A DNA stretch of 64,000 nt from Bryobacterales bacterium (GCA_965200705.1 OZ241376.1:2569844-2633843); one strand, 5' to 3'; numbered from the stretch's first letter, positions 1 through 9,604 are shown. Notes: a model not told the origin generated them from the letters alone. Translations and numbers: made by a program.

Positions 1-620
1 CGCGCGCCATGGCCGACATCGGTTCGCACTGGTGCGATCTGCTGGAGCACGTCACGGGCCGCCGGATCACGGCTGTTTGCGCGGAGCTGGCAACGTTCCA
101 TCCAGTCCGCAAGAAGCCGAAGAGGGCTATCGAGACGTATGCCGGCAAGATCCTGTCCCAGGAGGACTACGAGGACCGTCCCATCGAAACCGAGGACTTC
201 GGCGCGATTCTGCTGCGGTTCGACGGCCGCACTCGCGGGTCACTGACCGTGAACCAGGTTGCGGCGGGCCGCAAGAACCGTCTGGCGATCGAGATCTACG
301 GCACCCGCTGCGGGATGTCCTGGGACGGAGAGCGCCCCAACGAGCTCTGGATCGGACGCCGCGACGGCAACAATGAGATCCTCGTCAAGGATCCATCCCT
401 GCTGGAGGCGGGGGCACGGTCGTTCGCGGACCTGCCTGGCGGTCATGCCGAAGGCTACGCGGACACGTTCAAGCAGTTCTTCCGGCGGTTCTACGGGGCG
501 TGCCGCGACCGCACCCGAGTGAACGAGATTCCGGGCTTCGACGCGGGCCTGCGGCAGCTTCGGCTAGTCGAGGCCGTCCTGCAGAGCCATGCGGAAAGCG
601 CCTGGGTCCCGGTCGACTAG
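1..620 (+). CDS. Gfo/Idh/MocA-family oxidoreductase, C-terminal part (5' end lies outside the window)
   Basis: The reading frame is open from the window edge to TAG at 618-620. ADIGSHWCDLLEHVTG resembles the conserved G-x-H-x-x-D segment of the Gfo/Idh/MocA C-terminal domain. Confidence 0.7.
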   Translation, partial: RAMADIGSHWCDLLEHVTGRRITAVCAELATFHPVRKKPKRAIETYAGKILSQEDYEDRPIETEDFGAILLRFDGRTRGSLTVNQVAAGRKNRLAIEIYGTRCGMSWDGERPNELWIGRRDGNNEILVKDPSLLEAGARSFADLPGGHAEGYADTFKQFFRRFYGACRDRTRVNEIPGFDAGLRQLRLVEAVLQSHAESAWVPVD

Positions 621-733
621 GCTCGAACCTCAGCGGCGCGGGCGGAGCCAACGGCTCGGGAAACGCAACTGGCGCGGGATTCCGGCATTCCTTCAGCTGC
701 ATCTCTCTAGGCGGGATGCATAGCTGACGCTCA

Positions 734-1621
734 GTGCGCACACATACAATGAGCGACATGCGCCGTCCTGATCCGTTGGAAGTCGGGTTGATGTTCTGGA
801 CTGGCGGCGAGCTGGGCCACGACCTACCGCCGGCGGAGATCGCCGCATCCGTGCGCTCGCTTGGTGTGCGGTGCGGTCAGATCGGGGTCCATGGAACCGC
901 ACCGCTGGGCGACGGTGCGGTGGCCGCCTGGCGGGCTGCCATCGACAGCGAGGGGCTGTCGGTGGTGACGGCGTTCGCTGGGTTCTCGGGCGAGAGTTAC
1001 GCCAGCATCCCGATCTGTGCGCAGACCGTTGGATTCGTGCCCAGAGCGACCCGCGAGGAACGAGAGCGGCGGATCCACGACATTGTGGACTTTGCGGCGG
1101 CGCTTGGCATCCCCAGTCTTGCGGTCCACATCGGCTGCGTCTCCGAGGATCCCGACGATCCCGATCGTGTCGCCGTGCGGGATCTGGTGCGAAGGGTGTG
1201 CGACCACTGCGACCACCACGGGCAGACTTTCGCCCTCGAGACCGGCCAGGAGTCGGCAGCGGACCTGCTGGCGTTCCTTGGCGAGGTTGACCGGCCGAAC
1301 CTAGGTGTCAACTTCGACCCGGCCAACATGATCCTGTACGGTTCGGGCGAACCACTGCCAGCGCTGGAGCTGCTCAAGGACCACCTGCTTACGGTGCACT
1401 GCAAGGACGGTACGTGGCCCGAGCAGGAGGGTGAATGGGGCATCGAGACTCCGCTGGGCGACGGTGACGTCAACATGGCTGTCTACGTCGACAAGCTGCG
1501 GTCGATCGGCTACCAGGGTCCGCTAACGATCGAGCGGGAGATCGTTGGCGAGGAGCAGCGCAAGGACATCGCTCGTGCGATCGCCCTGCTGAATGAACTG
1601 CGGGAGCGGACCTCCGCATAG
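734..1621 (+). CDS. sugar phosphate isomerase/epimerase (xylose isomerase-like TIM barrel)
   Basis: 295-aa ORF with GTG at 734 and an in-frame ATG at 749. Segments ALETGQES, NFDPANMILYG and LTIEREI are typical of the AP_endonuc_2/xylose-isomerase-like fold. It follows the oxidoreductase gene. Confidence 0.75.
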   Translation: MRTHTMSDMRRPDPLEVGLMFWTGGELGHDLPPAEIAASVRSLGVRCGQIGVHGTAPLGDGAVAAWRAAIDSEGLSVVTAFAGFSGESYASIPICAQTVGFVPRATREERERRIHDIVDFAAALGIPSLAVHIGCVSEDPDDPDRVAVRDLVRRVCDHCDHHGQTFALETGQESAADLLAFLGEVDRPNLGVNFDPANMILYGSGEPLPALELLKDHLLTVHCKDGTWPEQEGEWGIETPLGDGDVNMAVYVDKLRSIGYQGPLTIEREIVGEEQRKDIARAIALLNELRERTSA

Positions 1622-1658
1622 AAGTTGCTCGCTCTCGGGATGGTTGCGAGTTGAGGTC

Positions 1659-2894
1659 GTGCGACGCCTCGCCGTAGTCGCCGCGCTGGGTCTGGCGCCG
1701 GAGTTATTCGGTGACGACGCGCTCCGTCAGGCAGCCGAGGCGATCGAGCAGAACGATTTCCCAGCAGCCATTTCGCATCTTGTGGAAGCGCTGACCGACG
1801 ATCCGAACAACGTCAACGCCCGTTTCAACCTCGCCTACGCCTACCAGGCAACCGGAGCCGAGAGCGAGGCGATCGAGGAGTACTTCAGGATCGTGGAGCA
1901 GCAGCCCGACCTGGCGCCGGCACGCCAGAACTTGGGCACGCTGCTCATGCGGGGGCAGCGATTCGGCGCGGCCGCCCGGCAGTTCGCCCACCTCGCTAGC
2001 CTGCAGCCCGAGGATACGGCGCTCCAACTGCAACTGGCCGACTCCAGCCTGCGTGCCGGAGACGCCGAAACGGCTGTGTCCGCCTATCGCCGTGCAGTCG
2101 AGATGGGCGAGGAGTCGCTCGATGTCCTCGTTGGATTCGCCGGCGCCCTAGTCAATACAGGCCGCCTCATCGAGGCTGTGCCCGTCTACCTGCGTGCGAC
2201 ACGGATCGACGCGAGTGTCGAGGAGCTTCTACTGGTCGTCGCCGAGAAGCTGCAAGCCGCCGGCCTTCGCGAGGACGCAATGGAGCTGTACCGGCGCTAC
2301 GCGCGCAATCGACCAGACGACCCTAACATCCAGCACCAGCTGGGCCTGCTTCTTCTGGAGGAGGGAAACCTTCGCGCGGCAAGAGCCGTCTTAGAGCGTG
2401 CCGTAGCATCGGAGCCGACGGCGGACCGGCATGCGGCACTGGCCGAAGTGTTCCGACTGGAGGGCATGAAGGACACAGCGACCAATCATCTCCGGCTTGC
2501 GGCGGAGGCGGCTCCTGAGAACGCCGACTATGGTGTCCGCTACGCCACAGCCCTTCTGCAGAACCGTCAATTCAAGGAAGCGGTGGACCAGTACCTTGTC
2601 GCTTGCCAAGCGGATCCGTCGTCGCAGGAAGCATGGAACGGCCTCGCCCTAGCCGCGTATCAGCTCGACAACTTCGCCGGGGCGCTCAAGGCCCTGCAGA
2701 ACGCGGAGTCGCTCGGTCCAGCGCCACCCGCAAGCGTTTACCTCAAGGCCGTCGTATCGGATCGGCTGCAGTACTACGAAGAGGCGCAGGCAGCCTACCG
2801 GGCCTTCCTCGAATTGCAGCCGGCCATGCCAGACGAGGTCTGGAAGGCCGAACAGCGGCTGAGCACTCTCGCCAAGGTTCTCAAGAAGCGATGA
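1659..2894 (+). CDS. tetratricopeptide (TPR) repeat protein
   Basis: Repeated A-x-x-x-Y/F-x-x-A-L/V 34-residue periodicity throughout (for example NLAYAYQATG, AVSAYRRAVEMG, AQAAYRAFLELQP). The start is uncertain: GTG 1659, TTG 1644, or ORF-track start 1593, which overlaps the previous gene. Confidence 0.7.
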   Translation: MRRLAVVAALGLAPELFGDDALRQAAEAIEQNDFPAAISHLVEALTDDPNNVNARFNLAYAYQATGAESEAIEEYFRIVEQQPDLAPARQNLGTLLMRGQRFGAAARQFAHLASLQPEDTALQLQLADSSLRAGDAETAVSAYRRAVEMGEESLDVLVGFAGALVNTGRLIEAVPVYLRATRIDASVEELLLVVAEKLQAAGLREDAMELYRRYARNRPDDPNIQHQLGLLLLEEGNLRAARAVLERAVASEPTADRHAALAEVFRLEGMKDTATNHLRLAAEAAPENADYGVRYATALLQNRQFKEAVDQYLVACQADPSSQEAWNGLALAAYQLDNFAGALKALQNAESLGPAPPASVYLKAVVSDRLQYYEEAQAAYRAFLELQPAMPDEVWKAEQRLSTLAKVLKKR

Positions 2895-3337
2895 GGACTG
2901 CCGCTCTCGCCCTCGCCCTACTCGGACCGCTAGCCCTGTCCGCTCTGGCCCAGGAGACAAGCCTTGCAACGGTCGAGGCAATCTCTGACCCAGAACGACG
3001 CTCGAAGGAGGCCGTAAGGTACGCCCAGAGGACCTTGGACAGGGCGGTGCGAGCCTACCGCGGCGGGGACGCGGAGACGGGCCGGGCCGAACTCGGCAGA
3101 GTCGCCGATGCGGTGGACCTTGCCGTGGCGTCGCTGGAGTCGACCGGTCGGCATCCGCGCAAGCACCCGCGGCCCTTCAAGAACGCCGAGATTCAGACCC
3201 GCAATCTCATCAGGCAGATGCAGCAGGCCCAGCGCCAGGCGCACTTCGAGGACTTCGAGGACTACGACGCTCCAATCGAACGAGTCTCGAAGGCCAACCG
3301 AAAGCTGCTGCTTGGCATCATGAGCAGCAAGAAGTAG
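2891..3337 (+). CDS. hypothetical secreted alpha-helical protein
   Basis: ATG 2891 overlaps the TPR stop (ATGA). The N-terminus MRTAALALALLGPLALSALAQE looks like a signal peptide. I recognise no family. The upstream part of ORF 2603-3337 overlaps the TPR gene and was discarded. Confidence 0.55.
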   Translation: MRTAALALALLGPLALSALAQETSLATVEAISDPERRSKEAVRYAQRTLDRAVRAYRGGDAETGRAELGRVADAVDLAVASLESTGRHPRKHPRPFKNAEIQTRNLIRQMQQAQRQAHFEDFEDYDAPIERVSKANRKLLLGIMSSKK

Positions 3338-3338
3338 A

Positions 3339-4010
3339 TTGAGTGTGCCCATGCTCATACGACCTGCTTTTCTGGCGCTCCTCGCGGCCGGCACCCTAGC
3401 GGCGCAGGAGCTGCCATCCGGGCGGGACTTCCTGACGGACTACGAGGTTGACGTCCTGCGCGAAAAGCAGGCCGTCCGCGACCGCATCACCACCTACATC
3501 AAGTTTGCCAGTCTTCGACTGGAGCTCATCGACCAGTTCACCAAGACTGAGGAAGCGGGAACCGGTGCGAAGGTGCACAGGAACTTGGAAGAGTACAGCT
3601 CGATCATCGCGGCCATCGACACCGTGATTGACGATGCGCTTGCGCGCAATCGGCCCATTGAGAACGCGTTGGAAGGTCTGCTCACCGCGGAAGAGCGATT
3701 CGAAGTACGGCTGACTGCCCTTCAGGAACACGAGGCGGATGATGCTTGGCGCTACGAGTTTGCCCTGGAGGACGCCATAGCGATTACGCAGGACAGCATG
3801 GAGCTGCTGGCGGAGGATCTGGGGGACCGCAAGCGCGAAGTCCTGGTCCAGGACAAGCGGGACGAGCGTCGCCAGCTCGAGTCGATGACGCCGGAGCGCC
3901 GCAAGGAAGTTGAAAAGGAACGCAGCGACCGGAGCGCCGCGGCCACTGAACGCGAGACCAAGCGCCCGAGCCTGCTGCGACCTGGCGAAAAACTTGGCGG
4001 CGACAAGTAG
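3339..4010 (+). CDS. hypothetical secreted protein with charged coiled-coil-like C-terminus
   Basis: It starts 1 nt after the previous stop (TTG 3339 or ATG 3351). Signal-like LIRPAFLALLAAGTLAAQE. The C-terminal third is K/R/E-rich. No family recognised. Confidence 0.55.
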   Translation: MSVPMLIRPAFLALLAAGTLAAQELPSGRDFLTDYEVDVLREKQAVRDRITTYIKFASLRLELIDQFTKTEEAGTGAKVHRNLEEYSSIIAAIDTVIDDALARNRPIENALEGLLTAEERFEVRLTALQEHEADDAWRYEFALEDAIAITQDSMELLAEDLGDRKREVLVQDKRDERRQLESMTPERRKEVEKERSDRSAAATERETKRPSLLRPGEKLGGDK

Positions 4011-4037
4011 CTCCGCCGAGGCGGGCGGGGCTCGCAC

Positions 4038-7000
4038 CTAACGTACAGGCAGCTGGACTACGTTGCTGCGGGCGCCGCGAATGGTCACCTCGACCTCGGC
4101 CATGCCCGACGGGACGCTTTGCGGCACGATGAACTCCACTTGGTATACGCCTGCCAAGCCCGGCGTGGAGCCCGAATACTCCACTTGTGCCGGAAAGCTG
4201 CCGACACTGACGGTCGCTCGATGCACAGTCTGCAGGAAGTCAGCAGTGCCTCGCCCATTCGGCACAGGCTCCACGAGCGGGCCGTTGCCGGTCATGAGCG
4301 CGTAGACCAGCTCGCCCCGTTCGGCAGGGTGCTCGGGGGTCACCAGCGATCCGTCGGCATGGAAGAGTTCAGGGACGATTGAGCCGTCCGTGTCGATGAA
4401 CGAGAGGACGCCGGGTGCCACGTCGTCTAGGTTCACCGTGAGGGGAGCGCTCGCGACGGAAGTCCCGTGACGCCCACGGGTACGGATCTTTAGGTGGGCA
4501 AAGTTCAGCCCGGCGAGCTCCCAGGGAACTTGGAGGTTGGCCTGTCCCTGTTCGACCAGATGGAGACGCGCGGGGACGCTGATACCCAGTTCGGGGTGGT
4601 CGAAGCTGGCGCTGGTGCCCTGCAGCGCGATCGGGAGGAGCGATCCCTTCGGCACGCCCGTGAACTCACCGAGATGTCCGCCGAGGACGATCATCAGCGA
4701 GCCAGGGGCGACCGGGTGTCCCACTTCGTACCGTGCGAGGCTCATGGCCTCGTCCACTACAGGGCGGTCGAGCACTGCTTCGAACGAGAACGAAACCTCG
4801 ACTCCTCCACACGTCGCCACGACTTCCTGCAGTTTGGACGTCGAGGTGTACTGGACGCGGGCCTGCGCAACTCCGAACTCATCGGTCCTGGTGGACGACG
4901 AGAGGATTTGGCCATCACCGGACCGCACTGCGAAGCCGACCGCTGCGTTGGCGACCGGCACCCCGAACCTGTCGATCCACTTGCCCCTGAGAGTGCGACG
5001 CGAACCCTCGCCGTAGACACCGAACTGATGCTCACCGGCGAGGGCATAGCCATCGCTTGCGGCTCCCGTTCCGCGCACGAAGTAGAACGGGAGCCTCAGC
5101 ATCCGGGCGCCGTCGCGTGAGCGGAAGAGATCAAGAGTCCCTTCGTAGGAGCCCGGCGTCTGGGGGGATCCTTCCATGGTCACGGTCACCTCCACGAACT
5201 CGTTCGGTGCGAGGTCGAAGTCGGACAGTGCTGGTGCGCCTCCGATCCGCACCATGGACGTTATGCTTGCGTACCCTTCGACTACCGCTAGACGGTAGGT
5301 CTCAAATCGCGCGGTGCGGTTTGTGAGTAGGAATGTTTGGGGTGCGGGCGGTCTTCCACGGGGAAGAATCCCGAAGCTCACGGAAGATGGCGTCGCCGTG
5401 ACCTCCGCTGACAACGCACGCTGAATGTCCAGCAGCCCTCCGCCGACCGCTCCGGCCTCCGCTCGCCCCCCGTCCTCCAAGATCACGTCCCGTGCTTGGT
5501 TGACAAGGGCTGACGCCACCTCGCGGGCCGTGAAGTCAGGATTTCGCTGCCAGACCAGGGCAGCCGCGCCCGCGACGAAGGGTGCGGCGACGCTGGTGCC
5601 CTCGAACTGCTCGAACCCGTTCGGGCGAAACCCTGGATCGCGCCAGTCTGGTCGGGCAGCGGCCGTCAGGATCGACTCGCCTGGCGCTGCGAGGTCGGGC
5701 TTGATGAGCAGCCCGGCAGTCGGTCCGCGCGAGCTGAACGTGGCTACCCGGCTCCACTCCGTTGGCTCCGCGACGGGGGTGGCTTCCAGCGTCACGACTA
5801 GACTTGGCGTCGTGCTCGCGGCTTGCAAGAGGCGAGCTCCGTCCGTGGAACTGATCATGTAGGCCGGAATGGACGTCTCCTCCAGCGTCGCCATCCGCAC
5901 CAGTTCCGCTTCGTCCGCGTGATTGACCACGATGACGCCCGTCGCACCCGCCCTGTAGGCCAGTTCGACCTTGTCCACGAACCAGCAGTCGCCGCGATCC
6001 ACCACGGCGATCCTCCCCGCAAGCGACGCGTCGCCGTAGTCCTGGCAGCCGAGCCGGTTATCGTGGTTCGCGGCGATCGCGAGCGTTCCTGTCAGCGTGC
6101 CCGAGACGGACGGACCCGAGCCACTGAAGGCTCGATACGTCAATCCGCCCACACGAACGCTCTCGACGATGCGCCTCGCGTTGCCGACTGCGCCCACGGC
6201 CAGGACATCGGGGGCGATGGCCGGGGACCCGATCCCACTCCGCTTCGGCATGCCGTCGGGTCGAACGCCCCCGCGGTTGCCAGCAGAGGCGACGACCACG
6301 ACTCCGAAGTCCACAACGGCGCTCTGGGCTGCAGCTGCGAGTGGGTCGCACAGTGCCAGCGGGTCCGACTCGCCGCATACCCGGCCCGTAGAGTCCCAGG
6401 GATAGGGCGCTGGTGTGCCAAGGCTGATGTTGAGAATGTCCATGCCGTCCGCGACGGCGTCGTCGATCGCCGCGATCACGGCCTGAGTGCTCGTGGACTC
6501 ATGGACCCCGGGTGTGCCGATGACCTTGTAGATGCCGAGGTGGGCGCCGGGTGCGATGCCCTCGACGCTGTCACCGGACTCCAGCCCCACACTCCGGCCG
6601 GCCGCGATCATCGCGACCGCTGTGCCGTGACCGCTGGCGTCGGCTGGCGACAGGTCGTCCGGTGTCGAGGTCTCCGGCACCCCCGAGTTCTGCATCCGCA
6701 TGTAGCTCCGTACGGCGATGACCTTGGCGCTGGCGTACGGCAGATCCTGCGGTCGTCCCCTGGGGTAGCCCACCGGCATCGTGAGCGAGTCGGACCGGAA
6801 CGCCGGATGGTTGAAGTCCAGGCCGGAGTCGATGATGCCAATGCGCATGCCACTGCCGTCCGTGCCATGACCGGACGCGCCCTGCCTCGCTGCTGCTAGC
6901 CGCAGCAGATCCGAGCGAGCCACTTCATCAATCTGGCCGCGCATGGGTCGTGACGGCACCACCGCGCGCACGCCATCTACCATTTGCAGAAGACTTGCCT

Positions 7001-7352
7001 GCAAGGGAGTGGCGCGCACGAAAACGGCGTTCAGAACGTTTTCCGCGGTTCCGACGATGTCGGCGCCGGTGCGTTCGATCGACTCCCGCACGGGCTCCTG
7101 ACTGCGCTGCACCGCACGCGCCAGTGCAGCTGTACTGGTGGCCGCGACGCGTCTCGGTCCCTGCCACTTCCCAGGAGATTCCCGCGCCAGCTTCGAGCGT
7201 TCGCCCACCGACGGAGCCGCGAGCAGGACGGTGTAGTGCCCCGGTCCAGGCTCCGTCGAAGGGAGCACCTGCCCTCCGGCCAGAGGCGTGATCGCCAAGG
7301 CCAGAATCGCGATGAGCGAAGCCGACGTTCCCTGCCTGCGGAAGAAGAGCAC
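4038..7352 (-). CDS. secreted S8 (subtilisin-like) serine peptidase with PA-domain insert, Ig-like domain and TIGR03437-like C-terminal domain
   Basis: Catalytic triad contexts GIIDSGLDFNHPAF (Asp), SGHGTAVAMIAAG (His) and EGTSVAAPFVAGAAALV (Ser). PA-like insert LAGRIAVVDRGDCWFVDKVELAYRAGATGVIVVNH. C-terminus YSGSTPGLAGVYQVEFIVP. The start is uncertain: GTG 7352 precedes a hydrophobic signal-like stretch, and the ORF extends to 7457. Confidence 0.85.
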   Translation of the reverse strand: MLFFRRQGTSASLIAILALAITPLAGGQVLPSTEPGPGHYTVLLAAPSVGERSKLARESPGKWQGPRRVAATSTAALARAVQRSQEPVRESIERTGADIVGTAENVLNAVFVRATPLQASLLQMVDGVRAVVPSRPMRGQIDEVARSDLLRLAAARQGASGHGTDGSGMRIGIIDSGLDFNHPAFRSDSLTMPVGYPRGRPQDLPYASAKVIAVRSYMRMQNSGVPETSTPDDLSPADASGHGTAVAMIAAGRSVGLESGDSVEGIAPGAHLGIYKVIGTPGVHESTSTQAVIAAIDDAVADGMDILNISLGTPAPYPWDSTGRVCGESDPLALCDPLAAAAQSAVVDFGVVVVASAGNRGGVRPDGMPKRSGIGSPAIAPDVLAVGAVGNARRIVESVRVGGLTYRAFSGSGPSVSGTLTGTLAIAANHDNRLGCQDYGDASLAGRIAVVDRGDCWFVDKVELAYRAGATGVIVVNHADEAELVRMATLEETSIPAYMISSTDGARLLQAASTTPSLVVTLEATPVAEPTEWSRVATFSSRGPTAGLLIKPDLAAPGESILTAAARPDWRDPGFRPNGFEQFEGTSVAAPFVAGAAALVWQRNPDFTAREVASALVNQARDVILEDGGRAEAGAVGGGLLDIQRALSAEVTATPSSVSFGILPRGRPPAPQTFLLTNRTARFETYRLAVVEGYASITSMVRIGGAPALSDFDLAPNEFVEVTVTMEGSPQTPGSYEGTLDLFRSRDGARMLRLPFYFVRGTGAASDGYALAGEHQFGVYGEGSRRTLRGKWIDRFGVPVANAAVGFAVRSGDGQILSSSTRTDEFGVAQARVQYTSTSKLQEVVATCGGVEVSFSFEAVLDRPVVDEAMSLARYEVGHPVAPGSLMIVLGGHLGEFTGVPKGSLLPIALQGTSASFDHPELGISVPARLHLVEQGQANLQVPWELAGLNFAHLKIRTRGRHGTSVASAPLTVNLDDVAPGVLSFIDTDGSIVPELFHADGSLVTPEHPAERGELVYALMTGNGPLVEPVPNGRGTADFLQTVHRATVSVGSFPAQVEYSGSTPGLAGVYQVEFIVPQSVPSGMAEVEVTIRGARSNVVQLPVR

Positions 7353-7460
7353 GCATACACTTTGACATCGGGACCGCGCTACAGGTTTCTGCGTTTCCTC
7401 GCCGCTGCCGGTCGGCGGCAGGGGCGCTGTCCATCGGTCGGCTCCGTACAATGGCACTCG

Positions 7461-8921
7461 ATGGGCTTGCGTAGCGCGACGTTCGCGTTCTGCGCCCTGC
7501 TCGCATGGTCCTCCTTGGCCTGGGGGCAGGCGGAATACCGCGTCTACGAGGATCGGCCACGGCTGTTCCTGACTGCCGACCGGTTGGCTCGCCTCGAAAA
7601 GGAAGCGGGTCGCCAGTCACCGCTGTGGCAGACCTTCGACAAGCTGGCTGCCACAGGATCCAGCCTTCCGGAGCCGCTGCTGGTCGGTGCGCTGCGGTAC
7701 CGGGTGGTGGACGACGTTGACGCCGGCCGCGAAGCGGTCCGGACCAGCGTCCGTAACGTCGAGGATGGAATCGACACGGCCGCCGAGTTGCGGGAGGTCT
7801 CCCTTGTCTACGACTGGTGCCATGCGCTGCTTGAGGAGCAGGACCAAGGCATTCTGCGGGACGGGCTGGCGGCGGCGGTGACGGACGTCCTGCCGCTCGG
7901 CAACGTCGATGTCGGTTTGCTCCGGGCCGCTGTCCTAGCGTCGATCACGCTCGCTGGCGACTGGGACGGTTCGGAGTCGGCCCTTGCGGCCCTGCTGGGA
8001 GGCCAGTGGCAGAGCGAAATTGCCCCACGTGTCGCGCAGGGCGATCTGAGCGACGACGGCTTGGCCCTGGTAGCGCTGCTGGAGATGTGCATCGCCGTTC
8101 GACACAACCTGGAGATCGACCTGTTGCGCAGCGCGGGTGACGCGTCGCTCTCGCTGGCTCGCACACGACTGCTCAGCTACTTTCCCCAGGACATCAGCAC
8201 CGCCCATGGTCGCGCGCGGCGGCCGTCCTTCTTCGGAGCCGATGAGGAGGCGGCCGGGATGCAGGCTCCGTTCTATCGGATCGCGGACCTGCTTCTGGTC
8301 GCTTATCAGCCCAACCCCCGTGAATTCCAGTTCCTGCAGGGCTGGCTGAGGGACGACCGCTACGTGATGCGTTCGGCCATGATGGCCCCTTACGAGTTCC
8401 TCTGGCTGAATCGCTATCTGCCAGGGCTGACGCCACAGTCCGCTCCCCTTCTGGACTTCGACCAGGTCCGCGGACGCCTCTTTGGCCGTTCCGTCTGGGA
8501 GCGCCCCGCGACGTGGATCGGCTACGCCGACGGCAGCCTGCAGATCCTGAAGGAGGGCGAGCTGATGGTGTCCTCGAGCTTCGAAGACCTGCCGCCCATG
8601 TTCTTTCCAGATGCCGCCGTTGTGCCAATGGTGCCCGACAGCAGGGTCGTGATCGACTGGCAGCCGAACCGTGCGAAGGCGCCGGAGACCGCCACTATCT
8701 ACCTGGTCGGCCTCGACGCGGGCGAGACCTATGGCCTCAAGGTCGGCTCCCGGCCGGCAAAGCTCGTCGATGCCGCGGTCGGTGGTGTGATCAAGCTGTG
8801 GACCGACCCGCTGATGAGGAAGCAGAACCGGATCGATCTGCGCAAGAAGGTGCGGATCGAGGTGAAGCGAACGCTGAAGCCCACCGCTCCCGGAAGGGCA
8901 CCTCCTTCACTGCGTCGCTAG
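7461..8921 (+). CDS. hypothetical secreted protein, possibly heparinase II/III-like (polysaccharide-lyase-like) fold
   Basis: ATG 7461 is followed by the signal-like MGLRSATFAFCALLAWSSLAWGQA. The N-terminal RPRLFLTADRLARLEKEA resembles the start of heparinase II/III/DUF4962-type proteins, from memory only. The upstream part of ORF 6984-8921 is antisense to the protease and was discarded. Confidence 0.55.
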   Translation: MGLRSATFAFCALLAWSSLAWGQAEYRVYEDRPRLFLTADRLARLEKEAGRQSPLWQTFDKLAATGSSLPEPLLVGALRYRVVDDVDAGREAVRTSVRNVEDGIDTAAELREVSLVYDWCHALLEEQDQGILRDGLAAAVTDVLPLGNVDVGLLRAAVLASITLAGDWDGSESALAALLGGQWQSEIAPRVAQGDLSDDGLALVALLEMCIAVRHNLEIDLLRSAGDASLSLARTRLLSYFPQDISTAHGRARRPSFFGADEEAAGMQAPFYRIADLLLVAYQPNPREFQFLQGWLRDDRYVMRSAMMAPYEFLWLNRYLPGLTPQSAPLLDFDQVRGRLFGRSVWERPATWIGYADGSLQILKEGELMVSSSFEDLPPMFFPDAAVVPMVPDSRVVIDWQPNRAKAPETATIYLVGLDAGETYGLKVGSRPAKLVDAAVGGVIKLWTDPLMRKQNRIDLRKKVRIEVKRTLKPTAPGRAPPSLRR

Positions 8922-9604
8922 GTCTTGGCGGCCGGGCCTAGATGGGATTCAGCCGACGGACAGACCTGAGACAGGCTGCACTCCGCACAGCGGGGCTTGC
9001 GCGCCTTGCACACCTTTCGACCGTGATGAATGATCTGGTGCGAGTACCGGACCCATTGGGTCCGAGGCAGCAGTTCCATTAGGGAGCGCTCGATCCTTTT
9101 GGGATCGGTTGCTTCGGTCAGCCCTAGCCGCTGGGAGATGCGCTGCACGTGCGTGTCAACGACCACACCGGTCGCCTTGTTGAACCAGGTTCCCGTGACC
9201 ACGTTGGCAGTCTTGCGCGCAACGCCCGGCAGGGTTAGGAGCTGCTCCATGCGATTCGGCACCTTGCCCCCGTAGACTTCCACGATCCTCTGGGCCGCCC
9301 CCTTCAGGGACTTGGACTTGTTGCGGAAGAACCCGGTCGTTCGCACGATCTGCGCAATGTCCTCCACCGGTGCGGACGCCACAGCCTCGACGGTTGGATA
9401 GGTGCCGAAGAGCTCGGGCGTGACCATGTTGACGCGCTTGTCCGTGCACTGCGCGGAGAGGATGGTCGCGGCCAGCAGTTCCCACGCGCTGCGATGGTGC
9501 AGTGCGCACTCTGCATTGGGGTAGTCCTTCTTGAGCAGCCGAAGGATGCGCCGGGAACGGCGCTTCCGGTCCGCCTGCGGCCCTATTGGCTGTGCTTTGC
9601 CCAT
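8918..9604 (-). CDS. nth: endonuclease III
   Basis: HhH-GPD context LLTLPGVARKTANVV and the C-terminal 4Fe-4S cysteine cluster CKARKPRCAECSLSQVC. 228 aa, the typical length. Confidence 0.9.
   Translation of the reverse strand: MGKAQPIGPQADRKRRSRRILRLLKKDYPNAECALHHRSAWELLAATILSAQCTDKRVNMVTPELFGTYPTVEAVASAPVEDIAQIVRTTGFFRNKSKSLKGAAQRIVEVYGGKVPNRMEQLLTLPGVARKTANVVTGTWFNKATGVVVDTHVQRISQRLGLTEATDPKRIERSLMELLPRTQWVRYSHQIIHHGRKVCKARKPRCAECSLSQVCPSAESHLGPAAKT

Noticed and set aside
4011-4037. GC-rich hairpins as intrinsic terminators between convergent genes: 4011-4037, the NotI-containing GGCCGC...GCGGCC at about 22595-22620, and CCCTAGGGC...GCCCTGGG at about 17078-17115.
   Set aside because: The stems are short (4-8 bp), the loops are very small or very large, and none is followed by a T-tract. 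That is not enough evidence to annotate terminators.
6984-7460. Upstream extensions of ORF-track models: 6984-7460, 2603-2890, 33471-33650, 20071-20139, 36223-36366, 48450-48575.
   Set aside because: Each extension overlaps a neighbouring real gene or lacks protein-like composition. In each case an internal start is followed immediately by a signal or Tat peptide, or gives tight coupling to the upstream stop.
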